Shown: one piece after another, positions 1 through 7,541 of the stretch
Position numbering within the stretch: position 1 is the first letter of the stretch
Layout of the letters: the number at the start of each line of letters is the position of its first letter
NCBI GenBank assembly: GCA_946544115.1
Contig: CAMNLW010000003.1
Coordinates: 1-47,876 of the forward strand
DNA: 47,876 nucleotides
Direction: 5' to 3'
DNA from: an uncultured Verrucomicrobiota bacterium
Lineage (GTDB): Bacteria; Verrucomicrobiota; Kiritimatiellia; RFP12; UBA1067
The notes under the pieces: model-generated
Told to the model about the DNA's origin: nothing
The model's input: the letters and a program-made list of their open reading frames with translations, nothing else
Database searches by the model: none
Position numbers and translations under genes: made by a program

Positions 1-2
1 GC

Positions 3-320
3 GACGACGCCGTCCGCCGCGCCGTGGAGCGGATAAGCCGCGACGCCTGCGCCGGCCTTACCGCCGCCGAGGTGTGCCGTGTGATCGGCGGCAGCCGCAG
101 ACGTGCCGAAGGGCGTTTCAAGGCGCTTACCGGAAGGTCCATAGGCGCCGCGATAATAGAGGCGCGCGTGGAGCGCGCGAAAGCGCTGCTGCTCAAGCGG
201 GCCATGCCGATAGAGACGATATTCTCCGAATGCGGCTGGGAGAGCGACGCGTCGCTGAGGCGGGCGTTCAAGAAAGTCGCCGGCCTCTCGCCGCGCGAGT
301 GGCGCGCCAGGTGCGGCTAG
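3..320 (+). CDS. AraC/XylS-family transcriptional regulator, C-terminal HTH (5'-truncated by window edge)
   Basis: Frame is open from the window start. It shows the AraC double-HTH signature (SRRRAEGRFKALTGRS...RVERAKALL...ETIFSECGWESDASLRRAFKKVAGLSPREWR). Confidence 0.85.
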   Translation, partial: DDAVRRAVERISRDACAGLTAAEVCRVIGGSRRRAEGRFKALTGRSIGAAIIEARVERAKALLLKRAMPIETIFSECGWESDASLRRAFKKVAGLSPREWRARCG

Positions 321-328
321 CGGCGGGC

Positions 329-366
329 GTGCGCAATGCGCACGATTGTTTTTGCGCAATGTGCGC
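329..366. promoter_or_regulatory. Two tandem TGCGCAATG(C/T)GC motifs, candidate operator
   Basis: GTGCGCA-A-TGCGCAC perfect inverted repeat at 329-343 and a related copy TGCGCAATGTGCGC at 353-366, directly upstream of an extended -10. Confidence 0.4.
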
Positions 367-384
367 GTTTGTCTCGTGCGGTTA

Positions 385-393
385 TGGTATACT
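385..393 (+). promoter_or_regulatory. Extended -10 promoter element (TGG-TATACT)
   Basis: TG-n-TATACT upstream of the 444 start; AAAGGGA RBS-like motif before the ATG; no recognisable -35. Confidence 0.55.
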
Positions 394-443
394 TCAAAGT
401 GTCGAGGCAAAGGCCCGGCGCAACATAACGAAAGGGAACGCTC

Positions 444-2951
444 ATGAGAAAGCAGGTTCGGTTCGGTATAGTCACCGCGTTTTGCGCGGTTGCATCGCTC
501 GTCGCACACGCGGATACCGTCGCGTGGTGGCGCTTCGAAGAGAAAGCCCCGGGCGAAAAAGCCGCCGCCGGTACGGTGAAGGATTCCGTGAACGATAAGA
601 TTGTCGCCCTTCCTGAAGTAAGCGAAGGAGCCACTGTTTACGAGGCAGGAACATCCACGTATGAATCTTCTGCCTATGCGCCCGTGTATGCGAGCCCGTT
701 TGCGGGGCGCAAGGTGGTCGATCCCGTCTCGGGCGCGACCTGCGTCAACAATGCCGCCATGAAGTTCTCCACTGCCAAGGGAGGCTCGGGCGATCTCCCC
801 GCGTACTACGGCGGCTGCCTTAAAGTGGCGAACACCCAAACGCTCCTCAAGGATTGCTCGTCAAATATCACCATCGAGGCGTTCATCTGCACGACCGGCG
901 GCTTGGACTGCGCGTACAACTTCGCCCCGATTGTCGCGTCAATCGACGGCACGAGCTGGGCCGGCGAGCGCTGGGCGCTCTACCTCGATACCGAGTCGAA
1001 AGGTCTTGGCCGTTTTGCAATGCGCATCAACACTAGAAAGGGTGTTGTGAAATATCAAGGCAACGCGCCGGCGAAAACGATCAACGACGGCGTCTGGCAT
1101 CATATCGCCTATGTGTATCATGGAACAGCCCAGAAACCCAACGTGAAACTTTATATCGACTACGTCTGTGTCGCGACTTATACCGATGCTGACATTGAGT
1201 CATCCATTCCTTACGGCGAGAACAATGCCATCTATATCGGCGGATATGACAAATATTCCAATAACGCCGGATATCGCCGATTCCCGGGCCTTATCGACGA
1301 GGTGCGAATCTCCGACGCCGTGCTTGAACCGGCGCAGTTCCTGCACCTCGTCTCGACGGGCGGCGATGACAAGGATGTGATTCTGCACATTCCGTTTGAA
1401 GGGTCGTCGTCGCCCGCCCTCACGGAAGGCGCGGTGCTCGGCGGCACGGTCGGCGGAGTCCAGGCTGTCTACCACGCGACCAAGGCCGCGGCGGGAGCTT
1501 CGGCGGCCTTCGACACGACCGAAAAGGCGGGCGCGTCCGTCGGCTCGGGGCTCTACGCCGATTCGACGGTCGCCGACGCCTCGTCGCTCTGCCTCGTTTC
1601 GGCCGATGACGGCGCGAAGGGCTGTTTCGTGCAGGCGCCCGCAGTGACCAGCGGGTTGTGGACGGAAGACCCCGGCCTGCCGGTCACGAACTTCAACTAC
1701 ACTGTGGAATGTTTCGCCAAGGCCGCCGTCAAAGGTCAGGTGCGCCGGACGATTCTCAAGATAGGCGCCTCCGGGTCATACATCCCCGCGCATTTCGTCA
1801 CGGGCGATTCCAACCATTCCAGCGAGGCCGAATTCTGCTGCGCCTTGAACGCAGGCCTTAAATGGACGTCCCTGGGCAGGTCGTCGGCCGACTTCGACGA
1901 CGGCGAATGGCACCACCTCGCGCTCGTGAGCGACGCGACGAACAAGGCCGTTCGCGTCTACTTCGACTACAGGCTCGTGGCGACGGAGAGCAACGCATAT
2001 CTGCCCGTCGCTCCCGGTTTCGGCCTGTATATCGGCTGCATGGAGCGCGGCGAGGGACAGTTCTTCGACGGCTGGATCGACGACGTGCGCGTGACGAAGC
2101 GCGCGCTCGATCCAGAGGAGTTCCTTACGACCCACGCCGTCGGCTCGGCTACGCAGCCTCTCCTCGCGGCGATGCTTGAGCGGAACTACGAATTTACCGG
2201 CGTGGCGGACTCCTATTGGACCTTGACCGGCACCGGCGCGGCGCGCACGGGCGGCACGGCTCCGGTCTTCGAGCAGGCTTCGCGCGGCGCGCTTCTCCTG
2301 GACGGCGCGAACGGCTCCAGTAGGGCGGTGAATGAATGGTCGGCCAAGATGGACCGCAGCAACATCACGTTCCCCGTGAGCCCGCTCTACGAGCAGGACG
2401 CCTACACGGTCGAGTTCTGGGCCAAGTTCGACGGCTACAAGGTGGGCGGTGAAGAAAAGGCCGCCGACGCCAAATTGGGCGGCAACAATCACGCCGGCGT
2501 CCTCCGTTTCGTGCGTGCCGATTCGACCACGTTCGACTGGTATCTCTTTCGCATTGCGGACAACCCGAGCGGCTTCCAGATCGCCATTCGCAACGCCAAG
2601 GGCACCATCGAATACAAGAGCTTCCTGCTTGAGAACCGGCTCGTGGCCGACGGCGAATGGCACCATTACGCCGTCCAGATCGCGCGGAATGCGGACAACA
2701 CGCAGTGCTCCGTGATGCTCTACGCAGACTACGAACCGCTCGCCTTTTCGTCCACCGCCCCCAAAGAGCCGCAGACGGTCGCCGGACTCTTCAAGTCGGC
2801 GACGGGCCACCGCCTGATGGTCTGCGAATCGACGAGCGCGGACTACAACATCCTCGGCAATATAGACGCGGTGCGCTTCTGGCGCGGAACGCCCGACCCG
2901 TCGCAGTTCCTCGGCCGCGCGCCGAACGGCCTTATGCTTATCGTCCGCTAG
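444..2951 (+). CDS. Secreted protein with three LamG-like (concanavalin A-like jellyroll) domains
   Basis: Signal peptide (..ASLVAHA/D). Three repeats with LamG_3 hallmarks: TIEAF/TVECF/TVEFW; DGVWHHIA/DGEWHHLA/DGEWHHYA; GLIDEVRIS/GWIDDVRVT/GNIDAVRFW. Ends in PNGLMLIVR. Confidence 0.85.
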   Translation: MRKQVRFGIVTAFCAVASLVAHADTVAWWRFEEKAPGEKAAAGTVKDSVNDKIVALPEVSEGATVYEAGTSTYESSAYAPVYASPFAGRKVVDPVSGATCVNNAAMKFSTAKGGSGDLPAYYGGCLKVANTQTLLKDCSSNITIEAFICTTGGLDCAYNFAPIVASIDGTSWAGERWALYLDTESKGLGRFAMRINTRKGVVKYQGNAPAKTINDGVWHHIAYVYHGTAQKPNVKLYIDYVCVATYTDADIESSIPYGENNAIYIGGYDKYSNNAGYRRFPGLIDEVRISDAVLEPAQFLHLVSTGGDDKDVILHIPFEGSSSPALTEGAVLGGTVGGVQAVYHATKAAAGASAAFDTTEKAGASVGSGLYADSTVADASSLCLVSADDGAKGCFVQAPAVTSGLWTEDPGLPVTNFNYTVECFAKAAVKGQVRRTILKIGASGSYIPAHFVTGDSNHSSEAEFCCALNAGLKWTSLGRSSADFDDGEWHHLALVSDATNKAVRVYFDYRLVATESNAYLPVAPGFGLYIGCMERGEGQFFDGWIDDVRVTKRALDPEEFLTTHAVGSATQPLLAAMLERNYEFTGVADSYWTLTGTGAARTGGTAPVFEQASRGALLLDGANGSSRAVNEWSAKMDRSNITFPVSPLYEQDAYTVEFWAKFDGYKVGGEEKAADAKLGGNNHAGVLRFVRADSTTFDWYLFRIADNPSGFQIAIRNAKGTIEYKSFLLENRLVADGEWHHYAVQIARNADNTQCSVMLYADYEPLAFSSTAPKEPQTVAGLFKSATGHRLMVCESTSADYNILGNIDAVRFWRGTPDPSQFLGRAPNGLMLIVR

Positions 2952-3793
2952 CCGCGCGCCGCCGGCGCGAGGGTGACGGTGTGGCGGCAGGTGCGGGGGA
3001 GGGTGTCGCCGCGGGCGGCTTCTTCGCGCGTCCCGAAAGTCTCGACGACGAATGTGATGCGCCCGTCGGCAGGCGTCGCGTCAAGCCTCATCCGCGCCTT
3101 TACCACCGTGTCGTTCGACATGACAACCTCGCAGTCGCCGATCTTTTCTCCGCCCGTCGATTCGATCCACACGCGCCCCTTCGCCGGCGCGTCGCCGCCT
3201 GCAGGCGCGACGTAGATCGCGCGTCCGTCGATCGTCACCTCGTCGCCGGGCGCGACCTCGCCGTACGTGTTGGCGGTTGAGCCGAGAATGTGGAGTATCG
3301 CAGATTGCGCGCCCGCCGCGTTGACAAGCTTCATGTTGGAGAGGGCGTACCTCATTGAAGGGCTCACCGTCGCGCGTATCTCAAGATGGTTCTCGGGCGG
3401 CGTCGCGGGGTCGTTGCTGTGGGCGATGGAGCCGGTGGCGAACAGCTTCAAAGTGACGAGATTGCCGATTCGCACACTGCGGCCGGTGCGCGCCATGTAG
3501 CGAGGCAGAATGTTGCAGAGCGTGTTGATCATGCCCTCGACCGCATCGGCGTGAAGGTTGAGACCGGCGGTGCGCAGTTCGTCATCGAGCGCGCCAAGGC
3601 CGACGATCTGGTCGTTGTCGCCCTCAAGCTGCAGACGAAAGCGCTGCACGCCCTTCATGGGGTTCACCGGAACCGCCGTAAACAGCATGCCGCCTTCAAG
3701 AGCGGTGTCGCGGCGGTCGACGACGGCGTCGAAGCGCGACTGCGCGGGCCTGAGGCTCGTTCTTCTGGGAGAGATAAGATCTGGTTTGTTCAT
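2948..3793 (-). CDS. Putative HU-like DNA-binding protein with C-terminal Ig-like (DUF4469-like) domain
   Basis: 281-aa ORF with its own promoter and RBS-like GAAAGGCGG. Central segment (LDDEL...VEGMINTL...GRSVRIGNLVTLKLFATG...LEIRATVSPSMRYAL) resembles Bacteroidetes-type HU-like domains, followed by a beta-rich module (GDEVTIDGRAIYV...VVMSNDTVVKARM). Confidence 0.6.
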   Translation of the reverse strand: MNKPDLISPRRTSLRPAQSRFDAVVDRRDTALEGGMLFTAVPVNPMKGVQRFRLQLEGDNDQIVGLGALDDELRTAGLNLHADAVEGMINTLCNILPRYMARTGRSVRIGNLVTLKLFATGSIAHSNDPATPPENHLEIRATVSPSMRYALSNMKLVNAAGAQSAILHILGSTANTYGEVAPGDEVTIDGRAIYVAPAGGDAPAKGRVWIESTGGEKIGDCEVVMSNDTVVKARMRLDATPADGRITFVVETFGTREEAARGDTLPRTCRHTVTLAPAARG

Positions 3794-3827
3794 GAGATAC
3801 CGCCTTTCTTTGTGGTTACGAGGGGGT

Positions 3828-3857
3828 ATTATAGCATATCCCGGGGAGGCTTGACAA
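3828..3857 (-). promoter_or_regulatory. Sigma70-type promoter for the HU-like gene
   Basis: Minus strand reads TTGTCA-N18-TATAAT, with an extended TG-C before the -10. Confidence 0.65.
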
Positions 3858-3863
3858 GGGGGT

Positions 3864-4050
3864 TGCCGGGGCGCGCTACAAAATACCTAATATTTTTGAT
3901 CAAAAGTATTAGGTATTTTTGATCAAAAGTATTAGGTATTTTTGATCAAAAGTATTAGGTATTTTTGGCCAAAAGTATTAGGTATTTTTGATCAAAAGTA
4001 TTAGGTATTTTTGATCAAAAATACCAGGTATTTTGTAGCGCGCCCCGGCA
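3864..4050. repeat. 187-bp foldback (MITE-like) element: 25-bp perfect terminal inverted repeats enclosing a 23-bp tandem array
   Basis: TGCCGGGGCGCGCTACAAAATACCT (3864-3888) is the exact reverse complement of 4026-4050. Five full units plus one partial unit of TATTTTTGATCAAAAGTATTAGG start at 3891, 3914, 3937, 3960, 3983 and 4006. Confidence 0.9.
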
Positions 4051-4065
4051 GGGGGCGAGGTTTAG

Positions 4066-4290
4066 TGTCTAGAGGCGCTGGCGGCGCTAGTCGTTCTAGA
4101 GCGTCTGGAGGGTCCAGTCTTCCTGGAATCTCTAGCGTCGGTAGTTGTTCTAGAACTTCTAGGCTAGCCTTTCTAGCTAGCGCTTCTAGTTCCTCTAACT
4201 CCTCTCGCCTCTCTAGCCCCTCTCGCGCTTCTAGCCCCTCTTGCTCCTCTAGTTCCTCTAGCCCCTCTCGCGCTTCTAGCCCCTCCCGCC
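4066..4290. repeat. CTAG-rich 9-bp-phased, pyrimidine-skewed repeat tract
   Basis: 15 CTAG tetramers between 4069 and 4279, 13 of them in the same phase modulo 9. Includes an exact 30-bp direct repeat at 4211-4240 and 4256-4285. Confidence 0.85.
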
Positions 4291-4337
4291 CCGCCTTTAC
4301 CCCCTCGGGTGACAAAAACTTTTTTTAATTTTCCCCC

Positions 4338-4366
4338 TTGCGCTCTGCCGAGAATTATGGTATGAT
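4338..4366 (+). promoter_or_regulatory. Sigma70-type promoter for the 850-aa surface protein operon
   Basis: TTGCGC-N17-TATGAT with extended TG-G; AAGGAG RBS at 4377-4382. Confidence 0.7.
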
Positions 4367-4390
4367 ACAACTCGTCAAGGAGTTAACAGA

Positions 4391-6943
4391 ATGAAAAAAC
4401 TATTAATTCTCGCGCTAGCAAGCGCAGTTGCCGCCGCGTCAAACGCGGCCGATTGGTTCAGCGTAGCCGTCAGCGGCTCTACACAAACAACGACTGGCGC
4501 ATCATGGTCGACAACGCCTGCGGCCGCAGATGTTGCCAACAACGTCATCAGCATTGATGCCGATGAAGCGATCACGCTCTCGCCTACCGCGACAAAGCCG
4601 TCGCCCGAGGTGAAGACAGTCGTGGAGGTTCAGGCGGCGTTCACGGCGGCCAGCGACTACAGCTCGCTCGAGCCGCTTAAAGACGCCAAGACCGCGCTCA
4701 CCGTCGCGAAGGACGGCAATACGCTCAAGTACTATTACTGGGATTCGGCAGAGTCCGATCCTAATGTTAACAAGTGGAAGGCTATCACGGACTTGACGCC
4801 GACGCTCAGCGAAACGCCCGTCACCGTCACGTTTGAGCTCGATAACAGCTCGACTGCGGCGACCACGGCCAAAATTACGATTGGCAATAAGACTGTTACG
4901 GTCGGGTTGGCGGCAGATACCACGCTCGGCGCCCTCGCCTTTGCCGGCACCGGCACCTTGAAGAGCGTTGACGCGACCGTCACCCCCGCGTATGCGACAT
5001 ATAACAACACGCGCTATGAGACGATGGCCAACGCTGTTACGGCAAGGGATGGCGGCAATGGCGTGATTACCGTTCACAATCCTACGGGAAGTTACCCGGG
5101 TGGCATCATTCAAAATTCGACCACCCATGAACTGTACTTCCCCCGTACAACGACTGCCGATCAGGACGGCTCGACGGTTCCTTACGAAATCGCCGATGCT
5201 GACGACCTCAAGGCCCTCGCGGATGCTGTTAATGCAGGCAATACTTGCTCTGGCAAGTGCTTTGTCCAGACCGCCGACATTGATATGACTGGCACTAGTG
5301 CGTTCGCCGGTGTCGGTACATATGCGGAGAACCCGACCGGAGGAACTCCTTTCGCCGGTACTTACGATGGCGGCAACTTCAAGATTTCAAATGTCACGAT
5401 GACCGCTCGCAACTATGGAGGCATCTTCAATCAGGTCAACGGCGGTACAATCAAGAATCTGACGGTCGAGAACATTTCGACTGCCGCGACATCGGTGGAG
5501 TTTGGCTATGCCATCGTTGGTAATGCCGGTAATGGTGCGACGCTCGAAAATCTTACTGCGGCTGGCGCTTTCCTCTCGACTGAGAAGCCTGGAACCCACA
5601 ATATGGCCGGTATCGTCGTTCGCGCGTGCGGCGGTGGTGTGAGTGGTACGCTGATTACGAGCTGCACGAACAACGCAACCATCTACGGCGACTATACGAA
5701 ATTGGGCGGAATCTGCGCGCTTACCCAGTATAAGGTGTCTGGCGGCGGTTCGGTCACGTTTGATGGTTGCGTTAACAATGGTACGCTTGTCTCTGCAAGA
5801 ACTGCTGAGGAGAATGCTTCAAAACAGATTACTGGCATTGCCGGTATTGTAGGCTATACGGCTGATGCGACCGTGTTGAAGGACTGCGTGAACAATGGTA
5901 CAATTACGGTTGCGCTTGCTGATCAGACGGTTGGAGAGTTGGTCGGAAGTGGTGGTGTTGAGACCCATGGCTCCCTTACTGACGCAGGTGGCAACAAGGC
6001 CGACGCGACGAAGAAGATGGTCCATACTCGTGGCGTTGTAACCGGCTTCCAGTATGCGACGGTCGCCAAGGATGTTGCAACGACTGTGACATCTCTCACG
6101 AAGGACACCACCTATCTCCTTGAGGGCAATGTCGCGGCTTCTGAAACGCCCGTCTTCACCCTCGCGGCCAATGGCGACAAAATTATGTTTGACACCGCGC
6201 TTGGCTATACCTTCAACGGCACGGTTGGTTCTTCCGTTCTTGGATGGTCGGCTAAGCCGACCTCTGACGGCACCGTAAAGACCTATTCGCTTGAGCAGAC
6301 GGCGACGCCGGTTGTTTCCGAAGCTGTGACGACGCTCGTTGCTGTTCCTCGCGACTGCAAGGCAGCAGAACTGATCGATCTCAGCAACCGCGCGGCTGGT
6401 GATGTGCTCAAGGTCTACAGCAAGGCCGACAGTGACAAGTGCTACTATACTTGGACGCTCTCCAGTGGAAAGGAGTGGACGCCTGCCACGACCTACAAGG
6501 TCAGCGAGGCAAGTGCCACATCGCACGAAAAGCCTGCTTCTGAAGTTCAGCTGTACGCTGGTCAGGCGGCGTGGCTGACGCGTGTAAACCCGAACGAGGC
6601 GATTACACTCGCCGTTGTGGCCGAAAGCGACACAATCAATGTGACTGTCGATAATGGCTGGAACATGATTGCTCCTCTGCCGAAGGGCAATGAGTCGACG
6701 GTTGCGCTCAACGCTGTTGTGTCTGCGGGTGCTGCAGGCGACGAGATTAAGATTCCGACTGCAGGCGCACCTATCACCTGCACGTACGATTCCAAGACAG
6801 AGAAGTGGGGCTATTGGTCGTTCATCAAGAACGACAAGGGCCGCATTACTGGCAAGACATGGGTTTCTGATGTGACCATTCCTGCAGGTACGGGTCTTTG
6901 GTACATCAATGGAGGCAGCAGCAAGTCTGTCGAACTCAAGTAA
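4391..6943 (+). CDS. Large secreted/surface protein, Thr/Ala/Gly-rich, with GLUG-type region
   Basis: Signal peptide MKKLLILALASAVAAASNA. The motifs YEIADADDLKALADAVNAG...QTADIDM...FAGTYDGGNFKISNV...GGIFNQVNGGTIKNLTV and repeated CxNNGT are typical of GLUG-motif surface proteins. Distinct C-terminal domain (GWNMIAP...IPAGTGLWY). Confidence 0.7.
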   Translation: MKKLLILALASAVAAASNAADWFSVAVSGSTQTTTGASWSTTPAAADVANNVISIDADEAITLSPTATKPSPEVKTVVEVQAAFTAASDYSSLEPLKDAKTALTVAKDGNTLKYYYWDSAESDPNVNKWKAITDLTPTLSETPVTVTFELDNSSTAATTAKITIGNKTVTVGLAADTTLGALAFAGTGTLKSVDATVTPAYATYNNTRYETMANAVTARDGGNGVITVHNPTGSYPGGIIQNSTTHELYFPRTTTADQDGSTVPYEIADADDLKALADAVNAGNTCSGKCFVQTADIDMTGTSAFAGVGTYAENPTGGTPFAGTYDGGNFKISNVTMTARNYGGIFNQVNGGTIKNLTVENISTAATSVEFGYAIVGNAGNGATLENLTAAGAFLSTEKPGTHNMAGIVVRACGGGVSGTLITSCTNNATIYGDYTKLGGICALTQYKVSGGGSVTFDGCVNNGTLVSARTAEENASKQITGIAGIVGYTADATVLKDCVNNGTITVALADQTVGELVGSGGVETHGSLTDAGGNKADATKKMVHTRGVVTGFQYATVAKDVATTVTSLTKDTTYLLEGNVAASETPVFTLAANGDKIMFDTALGYTFNGTVGSSVLGWSAKPTSDGTVKTYSLEQTATPVVSEAVTTLVAVPRDCKAAELIDLSNRAAGDVLKVYSKADSDKCYYTWTLSSGKEWTPATTYKVSEASATSHEKPASEVQLYAGQAAWLTRVNPNEAITLAVVAESDTINVTVDNGWNMIAPLPKGNESTVALNAVVSAGAAGDEIKIPTAGAPITCTYDSKTEKWGYWSFIKNDKGRITGKTWVSDVTIPAGTGLWYINGGSSKSVELK

Positions 6944-6953
6944 AAGCAGATAC

Positions 6954-6984
6954 GGTCGGGTTCTCCGCCTGGGAGGGCCCGACC
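6954..6984 (+). other. Intergenic stem-loop (13-bp stem with two G-U pairs, no U-tract)
   Basis: GGTCGGGTTCTCC-gcctg-GGAGGGCCCGACC; more likely an mRNA stability or processing hairpin than an intrinsic terminator. Confidence 0.5.
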
Positions 6985-7015
6985 ACAACAAGCACTTAAA
7001 CTAAGGAAAACTCAA

Positions 7016-7513
7016 ATGAAAACACTGGCACAAAAGGCTATGATTGTTCTGGCTCTTGCTTTGGCGGCGAATGTCGCTTCTGCTGCGGCCGACAGCTACC
7101 TCTACTGGATGCTTGGCGACAACATCAAGAACAACCTCGGAGGTGATTCCGTTACATACAATTACGCAACGGTCAAGCTTGATGGTACTTACTTGAACCT
7201 GTATGATGGGGCTACACCCATGGGGACGGAGGTAGACTCCTCTTTGGCGGATACCGCCGGCTATTGGGGCAAGTTCGATGCAAGCGAGTCCCATTCCACG
7301 TTCCTGTTTGAACTGTGGAACGATGGAGCGACCGATCCTGTCGGCTGGCTCACGATGAAATATTCCGACATGCAGAACTTCATCTCGAACGGCACGACTC
7401 CGCACGGCACCTTCAACGTCGCTTCCTACGGCGTCGTTCCCGAGCCGACGAGCGGGCTGCTGTCGCTCTTCGGCCTCGCGGCCCTCGCCCTCCGCAGGAG
7501 GAAAAGGGTGTAA
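7016..7513 (+). CDS. PEP-CTERM sorting-domain protein
   Basis: N-terminal signal peptide; C-terminus VPEPTSGLLSLFGLAALALRRRKRV (PEP motif, TM helix, basic tail); AAGGA RBS. Confidence 0.95.
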   Translation: MKTLAQKAMIVLALALAANVASAAADSYLYWMLGDNIKNNLGGDSVTYNYATVKLDGTYLNLYDGATPMGTEVDSSLADTAGYWGKFDASESHSTFLFELWNDGATDPVGWLTMKYSDMQNFISNGTTPHGTFNVASYGVVPEPTSGLLSLFGLAALALRRRKRV

Positions 7514-7541
7514 TCGTGTCTGGTCAACTTAGAAAGGAATC

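Noticed and set aside
3851-3856. Perfect TTGACA on the + strand
   Set aside because: No acceptable -10 at 16-18 bp; the overlapping minus-strand TTGTCA fits a complete promoter.
4001-4328. ORFs 4001-4315 (-, LEx repeats) and 4011-4328 (+, Ser-rich) as genes
   Set aside because: Both are translations of the repeat tracts, run into the foldback element and lack a convincing RBS; retained only as a possibility in the CTAG finding.
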